Assembly: GCA_009783195.1 (NCBI GenBank)
Contig: WRHP01000004.1
Span: 1 to 61,733, forward strand
Length of the DNA: 61,733 nt
From: Syntrophorhabdaceae bacterium
Lineage (GTDB): Bacteria; Desulfobacterota; Deferrimicrobia; Deferrimicrobiales; Deferrimicrobiaceae
Reading direction: 5' to 3'
The notes under the pieces were generated by a model. The model was not told the DNA's origin. It searched no databases and saw only the letters and a program-made list of their open reading frames with translations. Every line of letters starts with the position of its first letter. The first letter of the stretch is position 1. The translations under genes and the position numbers were made by a program. This document shows, one piece after another, positions 17,814 through 26,271 of the stretch.

Positions 17814-18941
17814 TTATGGCAGCAGATGATCCGGCAGCGCCGCCGGTATTTGCGCTCCGGTTTGCCAGTAAAGCACGGGCAGCGGGTAAGAAGCGCCGCC
17901 CCATTTCCACTTGGGGTCGCCGCCGCTGAAAGCCCAATTGCGCGGCGCGCCGGAATAGGTGGTCTGGGTTTTAGCTTCGCCCTTGGTGATGTTCGCGCCG
18001 TCTTTGTTGGAAGCGGTTCCCGCGAATACGATGCCGCCGGGCGGCGTCATGTCGCTGAGGGCTACATTGTTGACCAGGGTGCTAGTAGAACCCGCCACGC
18101 GCCCAAAGGTTGTGTTTGCGCCCGAATTCCGTTCGATTTCCGGATTCAGGGCGGCACAGCCTGTAACGCTGCCGCCGTAGACAACAGATCCCGCCACGCC
18201 ACCGACAAAATTTTCGCCGCTGACTTTGCCCGTGGCGTAGCAGTTGATTACGCTGCCGCCTGAGCCAACATTTCCCACCACGCCGCCTACAATTTGTTCG
18301 CCGCTGACTTTGCCCGTGACGTAGCAGTCGCTTACGCTGCCGCCTGAGCCAACATGTCCCGCCACGCCGCCGACAGTTTGTTCGCCGCTGACTTTGCCCG
18401 TGACGTAGCAGTTGCTTACGCTGCCGCTTGAGCCAACACCAACACGTCCCGCCACGCCGCCGACATAGAGAGAGCCGCCGGTAATATCCGCGCCCTCTAT
18501 TCCGAGGTTTTTAACGGTCCCGCCGTCGTCTATACGACCAAAGAGTCCGGCGGGATCGATGCTGCTGTCATCGTCAATAAAGAGGTTCGTAACGGTTTTG
18601 CCGTTGCCGTCGAAGTTTCCAGTGAACCAGTAGGTTATCCCTATGGGTATCCAGCCTTTGCTGCTTTTGTAAGCCGACAGGTCGATATTGCGGCCAAGCT
18701 GGTAGTACATGTCTGAAGATTCCGTGCCAGTGTTTACCCGATCAGCCAGATCCGCCAGATCTTTCGCCGTACAGATTATGTAAGGCGCGCTCTCTGACGC
18801 GCCGGAGCCTCCCGACACGCACGCGTTGTTGTTCGACTCGTCACCACCTCCGCCACATGCCGCAAGCCCCAAGACCAAAACCACCGCCGCGACAAGCGCG
18901 ATCCTGTGGAATGATTTTGCCTCAAAAAAATCTTTCATCAT
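17814..18941 (-). CDS. GLUG-motif repeat lipoprotein
   Basis: Lipobox LGLAAC. AGLFG, then repeated VGGVAG.VG.GGSV..CY.TGKVSGE units (GLUG motif). RBS AAAGGAG. Confidence 0.7.
   Translation of the reverse strand: MMKDFFEAKSFHRIALVAAVVLVLGLAACGGGGDESNNNACVSGGSGASESAPYIICTAKDLADLADRVNTGTESSDMYYQLGRNIDLSAYKSSKGWIPIGITYWFTGNFDGNGKTVTNLFIDDDSSIDPAGLFGRIDDGGTVKNLGIEGADITGGSLYVGGVAGRVGVGSSGSVSNCYVTGKVSGEQTVGGVAGHVGSGGSVSDCYVTGKVSGEQIVGGVVGNVGSGGSVINCYATGKVSGENFVGGVAGSVVYGGSVTGCAALNPEIERNSGANTTFGRVAGSTSTLVNNVALSDMTPPGGIVFAGTASNKDGANITKGEAKTQTTYSGAPRNWAFSGGDPKWKWGGASYPLPVLYWQTGAQIPAALPDHLLP
18213..18464 (-). repeat. three near-identical 84-bp tandem repeats inside the GLUG gene
   Basis: The string TTCGCCGCTGACTTTGCCCGTG recurs at 18213, 18297 and 18381. 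Each unit encodes 28 aa. Confidence 0.9.
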
Positions 18942-18988
18942 GTAAGTCTCCTTTCACCTGGCCGCGTATGTTTGCCGTGATGTGTGTG

Positions 18989-19027
18989 AAAAAAAGCCGG
19001 CGCTTCCCTTTTGCGGGAAACGCCGGC
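18989..19027 (-). terminator. strong intrinsic terminator with no gene to terminate, 47 nt upstream of the GLUG start codon
   Basis: GCCGGCG-C-TTCCC..GGGAA-A-CGCCGGC stem followed on the minus strand by T7 (18989-18995). On the plus strand the T-run is separated from the stem by GATA. Confidence 0.75.
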
Positions 19028-19140
19028 GATATTTTTTAAGTGATTTAGGTTTAGGAGCTGTCTTGAACCAGTTAGAGCAAAAAGCTCGCAAAGCAAAAAC
19101 CGCGCTGGATTTGCGGCGGTGTAGAATTCAAGAATGTTTT

Positions 19141-19549
19141 TAATATTAAATAGTTGGCTTTGCATATGGAGGCAGTTTCACATTAGTTTTGCAGGGTGTC
19201 AACGACAGAAGCCGCCCGGATGAAGGCCCTGCCTGCGCTCGGAACCCTATGCCCTCGCCGGAGAACCTCTTGCGCGATTTTTGTCCGCTGTGATTAATGT
19301 CGCCCAAATCTGTTATTCGAAGTGGCATTGTCTGTATTCACAGCGGATATCGCGGAGGGGCTTTCTTGTCGAGGATGTTTCTCCGTTGTCCCCTGCGATG
19401 GCCGATGTATTACGTCGGATAGCATAAGCGAAAGAAGCGGCCCGGCAAGGAATGGGTGTTGATAAATGAGCGTTTGCGTCATGTTCCCTTGTCGGGGAAG
19501 CCTTGCTCTTTATATAATTCCGGAGACCCTTTAATCCGGAGGAATTTCC
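19141..19549 (+). other. long non-coding leader upstream of the DHS-like gene (region B), related to region A
   Basis: No credible ORF. It shares collinear motifs with region A when each is read towards its downstream gene. Contains an 82-nt hairpin at 19273-19354. Confidence 0.35.
19273..19354. repeat. long imperfect inverted repeat (hairpin)
   Basis: CGCGAT..TCCGCTGTGA (19273-19293) pairs with TCACAGCGGA.ATCGCG (19338-19354). Additional inner pairing AATGTCGC/GTGGCATT. Confidence 0.8.
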
Positions 19550-20680
19550 ATGACAAAACGATCGAGGTTTCTTGGCGGAACGCGCATACTGCCGCCGCCT
19601 GTCGGCCGGAAGATGTCCGTATCGGGGCTGGTGGACAAGACATTCCTCGCATATAACGCGGGAAGGCTTCGGGAAGCGTCGCGGCTTTTGACCGAGCGGA
19701 TGCTTAAGCAAGACGTCACGGTCGGGCTGTCGCTGACCGGCGCGCTTACGCCGGCAGGACTTGGCGTTTCCTGCATAGTGCCGCTAATGAAAGCCGGTTT
19801 CATCGACTGGATCGTTTCGACTGGCGCCAACCTTTACCATGACGCGCATTTCGGTCTGGGGCTGCCTCTGCATGCGGGCTCGCCATTCATGGACGACCGG
19901 GTTCTTCGGGACGAGAAGGTTGTCCGGATCTACGATGTGCTTTTTTCATACGATGTGCTGCTCGATACGGACGCTTTCTTCCGTCAGGTGGTAGACCTGC
20001 CGGAGTTTCAGTGCGAGATGGGTACGGCGGAGTTCCACTATCGCCTCGGAGCGTACATGGCGCGGCGGGAGCGCGAACTGCGGATGGGCGACGTCAGCAT
20101 ACTGTCGGCCGGCTGGCGTTACGGCATTCCGATATACACGTCGTCTCCGGGCGATTCGTCCATCGGCATGAATGTCGCGGCGATGCAGTTTGGAGGCAGA
20201 GGGGTAAAAATCGACGTGTCGCTGGATGTTAATGAAACAGCGGCGATTGTCCACGACGCGAAGAAAGAGAAGGGAAAAAGCGCGGTCTGGATCTTGGGCG
20301 GAGGTTCTCCGAAGAATTTCATGTTGCAGACCGAGCCGCATGTACAGGAAGTGCTTGGTCTTGGTGAGAGAGGGCACGACTACTTCCTGCAGATTACCGA
20401 TGCGCGTCCCGATACCGGAGGGCTCTCCGGCGCAACGCCATCCGAGGCGGTTTCATGGGGGAAAGTGGACCCGGACCGGCTTCCGGATACGGTGGTCTGC
20501 TACCTCGACACCACGGTGGCGTTGCCGGTTTTATGCGCTTGCGTGTTTGACCGGGTGGCCAAGCGGCGGCAGAAGCGGCTATACGATCGCCGCGGCGCGA
20601 TGCTGAAACACTTGGGAGAGGAATACAGGAAAAAGGTAAGCGCCGACGCGGTGACCAAAAAGCGGAAAGTTTTGCGGTAA
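19550..20680 (+). CDS. deoxyhypusine synthase-like protein
   Basis: [22 protein letters not shown] and [24 protein letters not shown] motifs of the DS family. GGAGG RBS. Confidence 0.8.
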   Translation: MTKRSRFLGGTRILPPPVGRKMSVSGLVDKTFLAYNAGRLREASRLLTERMLKQDVTVGLSLTGALTPAGLGVSCIVPLMKAGFIDWIVSTGANLYHDAHFGLGLPLHAGSPFMDDRVLRDEKVVRIYDVLFSYDVLLDTDAFFRQVVDLPEFQCEMGTAEFHYRLGAYMARRERELRMGDVSILSAGWRYGIPIYTSSPGDSSIGMNVAAMQFGGRGVKIDVSLDVNETAAIVHDAKKEKGKSAVWILGGGSPKNFMLQTEPHVQEVLGLGERGHDYFLQITDARPDTGGLSGATPSEAVSWGKVDPDRLPDTVVCYLDTTVALPVLCACVFDRVAKRRQKRLYDRRGAMLKHLGEEYRKKVSADAVTKKRKVLR

Positions 20681-20751
20681 CCGGAAAGTTTTGAAAAGCG
20701 CGGCGGAGGCTGCGCGAAAGCAAAAGAGCCAAAAATTCCTCGCGGAGCCGG

Positions 20752-21294
20752 TCAGCCGCGCGGCGGTATTCCTTGGGAAGCAAAATGCAGCAGCAGTTTT
20801 CCTGTTGCCCAGGCGTCCGCTTCCGCCCGGTGGAAGGTAGATCTGATCCCAAGCTCCCGGCAGATGCCGGAAAGGGAATTGGACCGGAACCGGCCCGAGC
20901 GGCGCGCAATCAGGAGCGTGTCCACCACCGGGTTTTTGGACCATGCGCCTCCAGCCAGCCGCGCCTCCGCGCGCAGAAACGACAGATCGAACGGAGCGTT
21001 ATGGAACACCAGCGGATCGTCGTCAAGGAATGTGAGAATTCGTGGAAGCAGGTCGGCAAAGGCAGGCGCGTCGGCCACCATTTCGTCCGAGATGCCGTTT
21101 ACGGCCTTGGCGCCGGGATCAATGGGGCGCAGCGGATTTACCAGGGATACGAAGGAGTCGATTACCGACCCGCGTAGAAAGCGCAGAAAGGCGAGTTCGC
21201 ATATACGATGGCCGTCGGCCGCTGAAAGGCCGGTGGTTTCCACATCCGCCGCGATGTATGGAGTATCAAGAAAGTCGGCGCGGTAGTTCTTCAT
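20752..21294 (-). CDS. DnaQ-like 3'-5' exonuclease (DEDD family)
   Basis: YIAADVETTGL (ExoI), FHNAPFDLSFL (ExoII) and HRAEADA (ExoIII). Start chosen at ATG 21294; the longer ORF to 21615 adds an implausible Arg/Pro-rich head. Confidence 0.8.
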   Translation of the reverse strand: MKNYRADFLDTPYIAADVETTGLSAADGHRICELAFLRFLRGSVIDSFVSLVNPLRPIDPGAKAVNGISDEMVADAPAFADLLPRILTFLDDDPLVFHNAPFDLSFLRAEARLAGGAWSKNPVVDTLLIARRSGRFRSNSLSGICRELGIRSTFHRAEADAWATGKLLLHFASQGIPPRG

Positions 21295-21351
21295 CGGTAG
21301 CCTCCTCTGACGACATGGTATAAAAGTTACATCCGACAAGGGGAGGATTCT

Positions 21352-22029
21352 TTGAAAAACCGTGCCCGGAACGACCGGAAAGTAGCTCTTGTTACGGGCG
21401 GAGGGCAGCGGATTGGCGCGGCTATATGCGCCGCGCTGGGAGAGGCGGGGTATATCGTGGTGCCAACCTGGCTTTCCTCCCGGCGGGAAGCCGAAGCGCT
21501 GGCGTCGGAATGGGGCGGGAAATCGTTTCGCCTCAATCTGTCCCGCCCGGAAACTTTCCGGCGTTTTGCGGGCAGGCTGGCGTCTGAATACGGCCGGCTG
21601 GATCTGCTGGTACACAATGCATCGGTCTTTCCGCGCACCCCGTTTACCTCCGTTTCTTCCGCTGTATGGGACACTGTCTTTGCCGTCAACCTGCGAGGTC
21701 CGTCGTTTTTGACCCGCGCGTTTCTTCCTCTTATGTCGTCTTCCCCCGAAGGAGCGGCTGTCTGTTTTATAGGCGATGCGGCTGCGAGCAAGCTTTGGCC
21801 TTCATACCTTCCCTATTGCCTTTCAAAGATTGCTCTGGAGGCGTTTGCAAAAGGATTGGAGAAAACCATTCCTCCGGGGATTCGTGTTGGAGTTGTCCGA
21901 CCAGGGCTTGTTTTGCCGCGGCCCGGGTTTTCAAAGGCGCAGTGGGAGCGCCTCCGACACCGGAATACCGGGGGGATTAGGACTGTTGAGGGAATATCCA
22001 GGGCGGTGTTGCAATTTGCCAACCTTTAA
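21352..22029 (+). CDS. SDR-family oxidoreductase
   Basis: [18 protein letters not shown] and YCLSK motifs. TTG start after GGGGAGG. Confidence 0.7.
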   Translation: MKNRARNDRKVALVTGGGQRIGAAICAALGEAGYIVVPTWLSSRREAEALASEWGGKSFRLNLSRPETFRRFAGRLASEYGRLDLLVHNASVFPRTPFTSVSSAVWDTVFAVNLRGPSFLTRAFLPLMSSSPEGAAVCFIGDAAASKLWPSYLPYCLSKIALEAFAKGLEKTIPPGIRVGVVRPGLVLPRPGFSKAQWERLRHRNTGGIRTVEGISRAVLQFANL

Positions 22030-22070
22030 AGTTAGTATTCATTATCAATCTATTCCGAAAGGAGTGTCTT

Positions 22071-22232
22071 ATGAAACAGTATCGTTGCAACGTGTGTGGC
22101 TATACCTATGATCCGGCTAAAGGCGATCCTAACAATGGTGTGCAGCCCGGTACTTCTTTCGAAAGTATTTCCGCAGACTGGGCGTGTCCGCTCTGTGGTG
22201 TAGACAAGGAGGAGTTTGTGGAGGAGAAATGA
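22071..22232 (+). CDS. rubredoxin (53 aa, absent from the supplied ORF track)
   Basis: My translation is [53 protein letters not shown], with CxxCG..WxCPxCG. RBS AAAGGAG. Confidence 0.9.
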   Translation: MKQYRCNVCGYTYDPAKGDPNNGVQPGTSFESISADWACPLCGVDKEEFVEEK

Positions 22233-23437
22233 CAATAACACTTGCTAAAGATGTTTATTATGTCGGCATAAATGATCCAGGACTTACCGTTTTTGATATT
22301 GTCATCCCTACCGAGTGCGGGACGACGTACAATTCCTATCTTGTCAAAGGGACGGAGAAGACCGCTCTTATAGACTGTGTCAAGCGGTCCTTTGCGGAAG
22401 ACTTTATCAAACGGATCGAAGAGATTGTTCCTGTCGGCAAGATCGATTACCTGATCGTAAATCATTCGGAACCCGATCACGCCGGCGGGATCGTAGATAT
22501 CTTGAAGCGCAACCCGGATATCCAGGTTTTCCTGACGCGTTCCGCCAAGTCGTTCATCGACAACATTGTGAACGCGCCGTACAAGCATCACATCGTCAGT
22601 GATAACGAAGAGCTTCCGCTTGGCGATAAAACGCTGCGGTTTATGGTCCAGCCGTTCCTCCATTGGCCAGACACCATGTTTACTTATGTGGTGGAGGATA
22701 AAGTTCTGTTTTCGTGCGATTTCCTTGGGCGCCACTTTGCAACCGAGGAAATTTTCGATGACCAGATCGAAAAGTCGGAAAAGCTGCACAACGCGATGTT
22801 TGTGTACAACAGCATGATTTTCCGTCCGTTCCGGGAGCCTATCCTCCAAGCGTGCGAGCGGATCAAAGATCTTCCGATCGCGATGGTTGCTCCGTCTCAC
22901 GGGCCGGTCCTGCGGGAAAGCTGGCGGGAGGTAATGGAGTATTACAGGGGACGGGCTGCCGCCCCGATGGAGAAACGCAAGGAAAAGAAGGTGGTGGTTG
23001 TCTACGTGTCCGCTTATGGGAACACCACCATGATGGCAAAGAAGGTGGCCGAGGGAGTAGCCGCCGCCGGTTGCACACCGGTGTTGGTAAACGCCGCGGA
23101 TGTCTCAATTCACAAGATTCTTGACGAGTTTGACGAGTCGATTGGGTTTTTGATCGGCGCGCCGACGCTCAACAGCAATCTTCCGCACCCGGTCTACAGC
23201 CTGCTTGGTTACCTGGTTGTGTTGAACGTGAAGGGACTGACCTCGTCTTCGTTTGGTTCTTACGGTTGGAGCGGGGAAGCGACCAAGATAGTGGCGGACA
23301 TCATGACCGCTATGCGGATCAAGGTGTTCCCCGAGCCAATCCGGTTTAAAATGACGCCTACCGAGCAGGATTTGCAGACCTGTTTCGAGTTCGGGAGAGA
23401 ATACGCAAAGACTGTGGGCGCGCAGGCGACGGCCTGA
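22229..23437 (+). CDS. flavodiiron protein (rubredoxin:oxygen/NO oxidoreductase type A)
   Basis: Metallo-beta-lactamase-like domain with HSEPDHAG, then a flavodoxin domain ([15 protein letters not shown]). The start [13 protein letters not shown] overlaps the rubredoxin stop (ATGA). Confidence 0.9.
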   Translation: MTITLAKDVYYVGINDPGLTVFDIVIPTECGTTYNSYLVKGTEKTALIDCVKRSFAEDFIKRIEEIVPVGKIDYLIVNHSEPDHAGGIVDILKRNPDIQVFLTRSAKSFIDNIVNAPYKHHIVSDNEELPLGDKTLRFMVQPFLHWPDTMFTYVVEDKVLFSCDFLGRHFATEEIFDDQIEKSEKLHNAMFVYNSMIFRPFREPILQACERIKDLPIAMVAPSHGPVLRESWREVMEYYRGRAAAPMEKRKEKKVVVVYVSAYGNTTMMAKKVAEGVAAAGCTPVLVNAADVSIHKILDEFDESIGFLIGAPTLNSNLPHPVYSLLGYLVVLNVKGLTSSSFGSYGWSGEATKIVADIMTAMRIKVFPEPIRFKMTPTEQDLQTCFEFGREYAKTVGAQATA

Positions 23438-23441
23438 ACCG

Positions 23442-23618
23442 CTACCCGCGGCTCTTGCTGCTTTCGCCGGCCGCGCCTTCCTTGTGAATGGCGCGGTCGG
23501 CTTCTTTTTTCTCCCGGCTATGCTTTTCGAGCGCCTCGCCCCGGACTTTTGCCTTGCAGGGGTCGCAGACGCCGCCATTGAAATCGCCCGGTTTCGCGCA
23601 GATCATGCAGCGGTTCAT
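23442..23618 (-). CDS. possible 58-aa zinc-ribbon mini-protein (not in ORF track)
   Basis: My translation is MNRCMICAKPGDFNGGVCDPCKAKVRGEALEKHSREKKEADRAIHKEGAAGESSKSRG. It has two CxxC pairs but no clear RBS. Confidence 0.3.
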   Translation of the reverse strand: MNRCMICAKPGDFNGGVCDPCKAKVRGEALEKHSREKKEADRAIHKEGAAGESSKSRG

Positions 23619-23666
23619 TGCGCTATTATCTCACAAGGCGCACGCTTTGGTCCCATCGGAGGTGAT

Positions 23667-23897
23667 ATGACGACAGAGCCCGGGCCGGTCGAGATTGCGG
23701 TGGAGGAGGAGTTGTATGAATGCCCCAAGTGTGGGGCGGATGGCGGGTTCCATGTCGGATTTAAAAGAGTTGAAGGCCAACGATTCCGGGTGGTGTTGGT
23801 GTGTCCCTCTTGCCGGTTTCGGTTTCTTGTGGGCGAATTTCTTGTACCCACAGGCGAGTTGCGTCCGTACGATCATGCTTTGGACGGTACCCCGTAA
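23667..23897 (+). CDS. 76-aa zinc-ribbon protein, function unknown
   Basis: GGAGGTG RBS then ATG at 23667. CPKCG..CPSC motif. The longer ORF from 23484 lacks support. Confidence 0.5.
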   Translation: MTTEPGPVEIAVEEELYECPKCGADGGFHVGFKRVEGQRFRVVLVCPSCRFRFLVGEFLVPTGELRPYDHALDGTP

Positions 23898-23988
23898 GCG
23901 CCTGTTTTTTTGTTTTCCGCCGCCGGCCGGATCCGGTTTGGAAGTGGCGGGCGAAACAGCGTAGCTTAAAACAATCCCTAAAGGTTTC

Positions 23989-24666
23989 TCATGACGGATA
24001 CTCTCTGTGGCGCACATCTGTTCCCAGTACCATAAAGATTACATACTCGCAGATGTTTGTAGCGTGATCGGCGATCCGCTCCAGGCAACGCGAAACAAGA
24101 ATCAGATCCATCGCCTTAGGTATGGTTGACGCGTCAGCCGACATGTAGTCGATCAGTTCCAGGAAAATGTCGTCTTTGAGCTGGTCCACGATGTCGTCCC
24201 GCGCGATTGTTCGCTGCGCCAGGTCGACATCGCCGTTCACGAAGGCGTCGAGCGCGTCTTTCAGCATTTCCTGGGCGACCTCCGCCATTTTGGGAATGTC
24301 GATAAGCGGCTTTAGGGGGGGCACCGCCAGCAGCGAGAGGGTTTTTTCGAGGATATTGATTGCGTGATCGCCAATCCGCTCCATGTCGGTGTTTATCTTG
24401 ATCGCAGCGGTTACGAACCGCAGATCGTACCCGGCGGGCTGGCGAAGCGCTATGATTTCGAGGCATGCCTCATCGATGTCAACATGTAGTTTGTTGACCT
24501 GTAACTCCATTGAGCGAACTTCTGGAAGCAGGCTGCCGTCGCGCTGGACCAGCGCCTGGACGACCTGCCGCGTCATAGCTTCGGCCAGTCCTCCCATGCG
24601 CAGAACCAGCTCCCGGATCCCTTCCAACTGCTCCGTGTAATGTTCCGAGATTCTTTTTCCCATCAT
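23989..24666 (-). CDS. phoU: phosphate signalling complex protein PhoU
   Basis: Two PhoU repeats (E..I..D..ID, RIGDHA..I / RIADHATNI). Last gene of the pst operon. Confidence 0.92.
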   Translation of the reverse strand: MMGKRISEHYTEQLEGIRELVLRMGGLAEAMTRQVVQALVQRDGSLLPEVRSMELQVNKLHVDIDEACLEIIALRQPAGYDLRFVTAAIKINTDMERIGDHAINILEKTLSLLAVPPLKPLIDIPKMAEVAQEMLKDALDAFVNGDVDLAQRTIARDDIVDQLKDDIFLELIDYMSADASTIPKAMDLILVSRCLERIADHATNICEYVIFMVLGTDVRHREYPS

Positions 24667-25424
24667 CCGAACCTCCCGGTGATGTATTCTTCAGTTCGTT
24701 TGTCCGACGGGTTCGTGAATATCTTGCCGCTTTTGTCCATTTCGATCAGCTCTCCCAAAAGGAAAAAGGCCACGTTGTTAGAAATACGAGCCGCTTGCTG
24801 CATGTTGTGAGTCACTACCACGATCGTGTATTTTTCTCTTAAAACCTCGATTAGTTCTTCGATCTTCGCCGTGGAAACCGGGTCGAGGGCGGAACATGGC
24901 TCGTCCATCAGCAGCACTTCCGGCTCTACGGCCAGAGCGCGCGCGATGCAAAGCCGCTGCTGCTGTCCGCCGGACAGGGAAACTCCGGGGCTGTCCAGTT
25001 TGTCCTTCACCTCTTCCCATAGCGCGGCCATGCCAAGCGATTTTTCTACGACCTCCGCAAGACCGTTGCGGGACCAGTTCTTTCCGTTCAGCCTCAAGCC
25101 TACCGCTACGTTTTCGAATACCGACATCCTTGGGAACGGATTAGGCTGCTGGAACACCATTCCTACCTTGCGGCGCAGGGTTACCGGGTCGATCGCCTCA
25201 GAGTTGATATTCACGCCGTCAAAGAGGATCTCGCCGGTCGTACGGAAACCGGGGGTCATGTCGTGCATCCGGTTCAGGCAGCGGATGAACGTGCTTTTGC
25301 CGCATCCGGAGGGACCCATGACGGAAGTAACGGTGTACTGGGCGATATCCATATGGATGTTTTTCAGAACCTGATTGTCCCCGAACCAGCCGCTTAAGTC
25401 CCGGATTTCGAAAACGTTATTCAT
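24663..25424 (-). CDS. pstB: phosphate ABC transporter ATP-binding protein
   Basis: Walker [10 protein letters not shown], signature LSGGQQQRL, Walker B LLMDEP. Confidence 0.95.
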   Translation of the reverse strand: MNNVFEIRDLSGWFGDNQVLKNIHMDIAQYTVTSVMGPSGCGKSTFIRCLNRMHDMTPGFRTTGEILFDGVNINSEAIDPVTLRRKVGMVFQQPNPFPRMSVFENVAVGLRLNGKNWSRNGLAEVVEKSLGMAALWEEVKDKLDSPGVSLSGGQQQRLCIARALAVEPEVLLMDEPCSALDPVSTAKIEELIEVLREKYTIVVVTHNMQQAARISNNVAFFLLGELIEMDKSGKIFTNPSDKRTEEYITGRFG

Positions 25425-25430
25425 GGAATC

Positions 25431-26267
25431 CTACCTTTTTTCCCGTGTCAGTCTGCGGGCGCCGATATTGATGAAAAGTACCAGGGTGATGAGCACCAGC
25501 GCGGCGGCCCACGCCTTGTCGTGCCATTCCTTGTACGGAGAGATCGCGTAAGAAAACACCTGCAATGGCATGGCCGCTGTGGGTTGGTCAAGACGCGTCT
25601 GCCAGAACTGATTTCCAAGGATCGTGAACAGAAGCGGCGCGGTTTCTCCGAGAATACGCGCCATTGCCAGGAGGATTCCCGTCAGAATTCCGGCTTGCGC
25701 TGTACGCAGCACGATATACAGTGTCGTCTTCCAGCGTTCGATTCCAAGCGCCAGCGCCGCCTCCCGGACAGGCTGTGAGACGGTTCGCAGCATGTCCTCC
25801 GTTGTCCGCGCGACAATAGGAACAAATATCATAGTGAGCGCCGCCGCCCCCGCCCACGCGGAAAAGCGCTTCATCGGGAGGACGACAAGCGTGTACCCGA
25901 ATATGCCCATGATGATGGAAGGGACGCCGGCAAGAGAATCCACGGTAAAACGGACGGCGGAGGCCAGTCGCCCCTTACCGTATTCCGCCAGATATATTCC
26001 GCACATTACCGCTATGGGCACGGACCAGATCATCGTGAGCAGCGTTATGACGAAAGAGCCGAGGATGCCGTTGGCAATACCGCCGCCTTCCTCGCCAACG
26101 GGACGCGGAAGATTGGTTAAAAGGCTCCACTGAAGCTCTTTGGCCCCTTTCGACACCAGGTCAAAGAAGATCATGAAAAGCGGCAGTATGACCAGGAAGG
26201 CACATAGGCAAAACGCCCATCGCATTCCGGTGTCGATCGCCTTCCGGCGAAAGCTCAAGGTGTTCAC
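25431..26267 (-). CDS. pstA: phosphate ABC transporter permease PstA
   Basis: Six-TM permease with EAA-type loop (REAALALG). Operon position supports the call. Confidence 0.9.
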   Translation of the reverse strand: MNTLSFRRKAIDTGMRWAFCLCAFLVILPLFMIFFDLVSKGAKELQWSLLTNLPRPVGEEGGGIANGILGSFVITLLTMIWSVPIAVMCGIYLAEYGKGRLASAVRFTVDSLAGVPSIIMGIFGYTLVVLPMKRFSAWAGAAALTMIFVPIVARTTEDMLRTVSQPVREAALALGIERWKTTLYIVLRTAQAGILTGILLAMARILGETAPLLFTILGNQFWQTRLDQPTAAMPLQVFSYAISPYKEWHDKAWAAALVLITLVLFINIGARRLTREKR

Positions 26268-26271
26268 GCTG

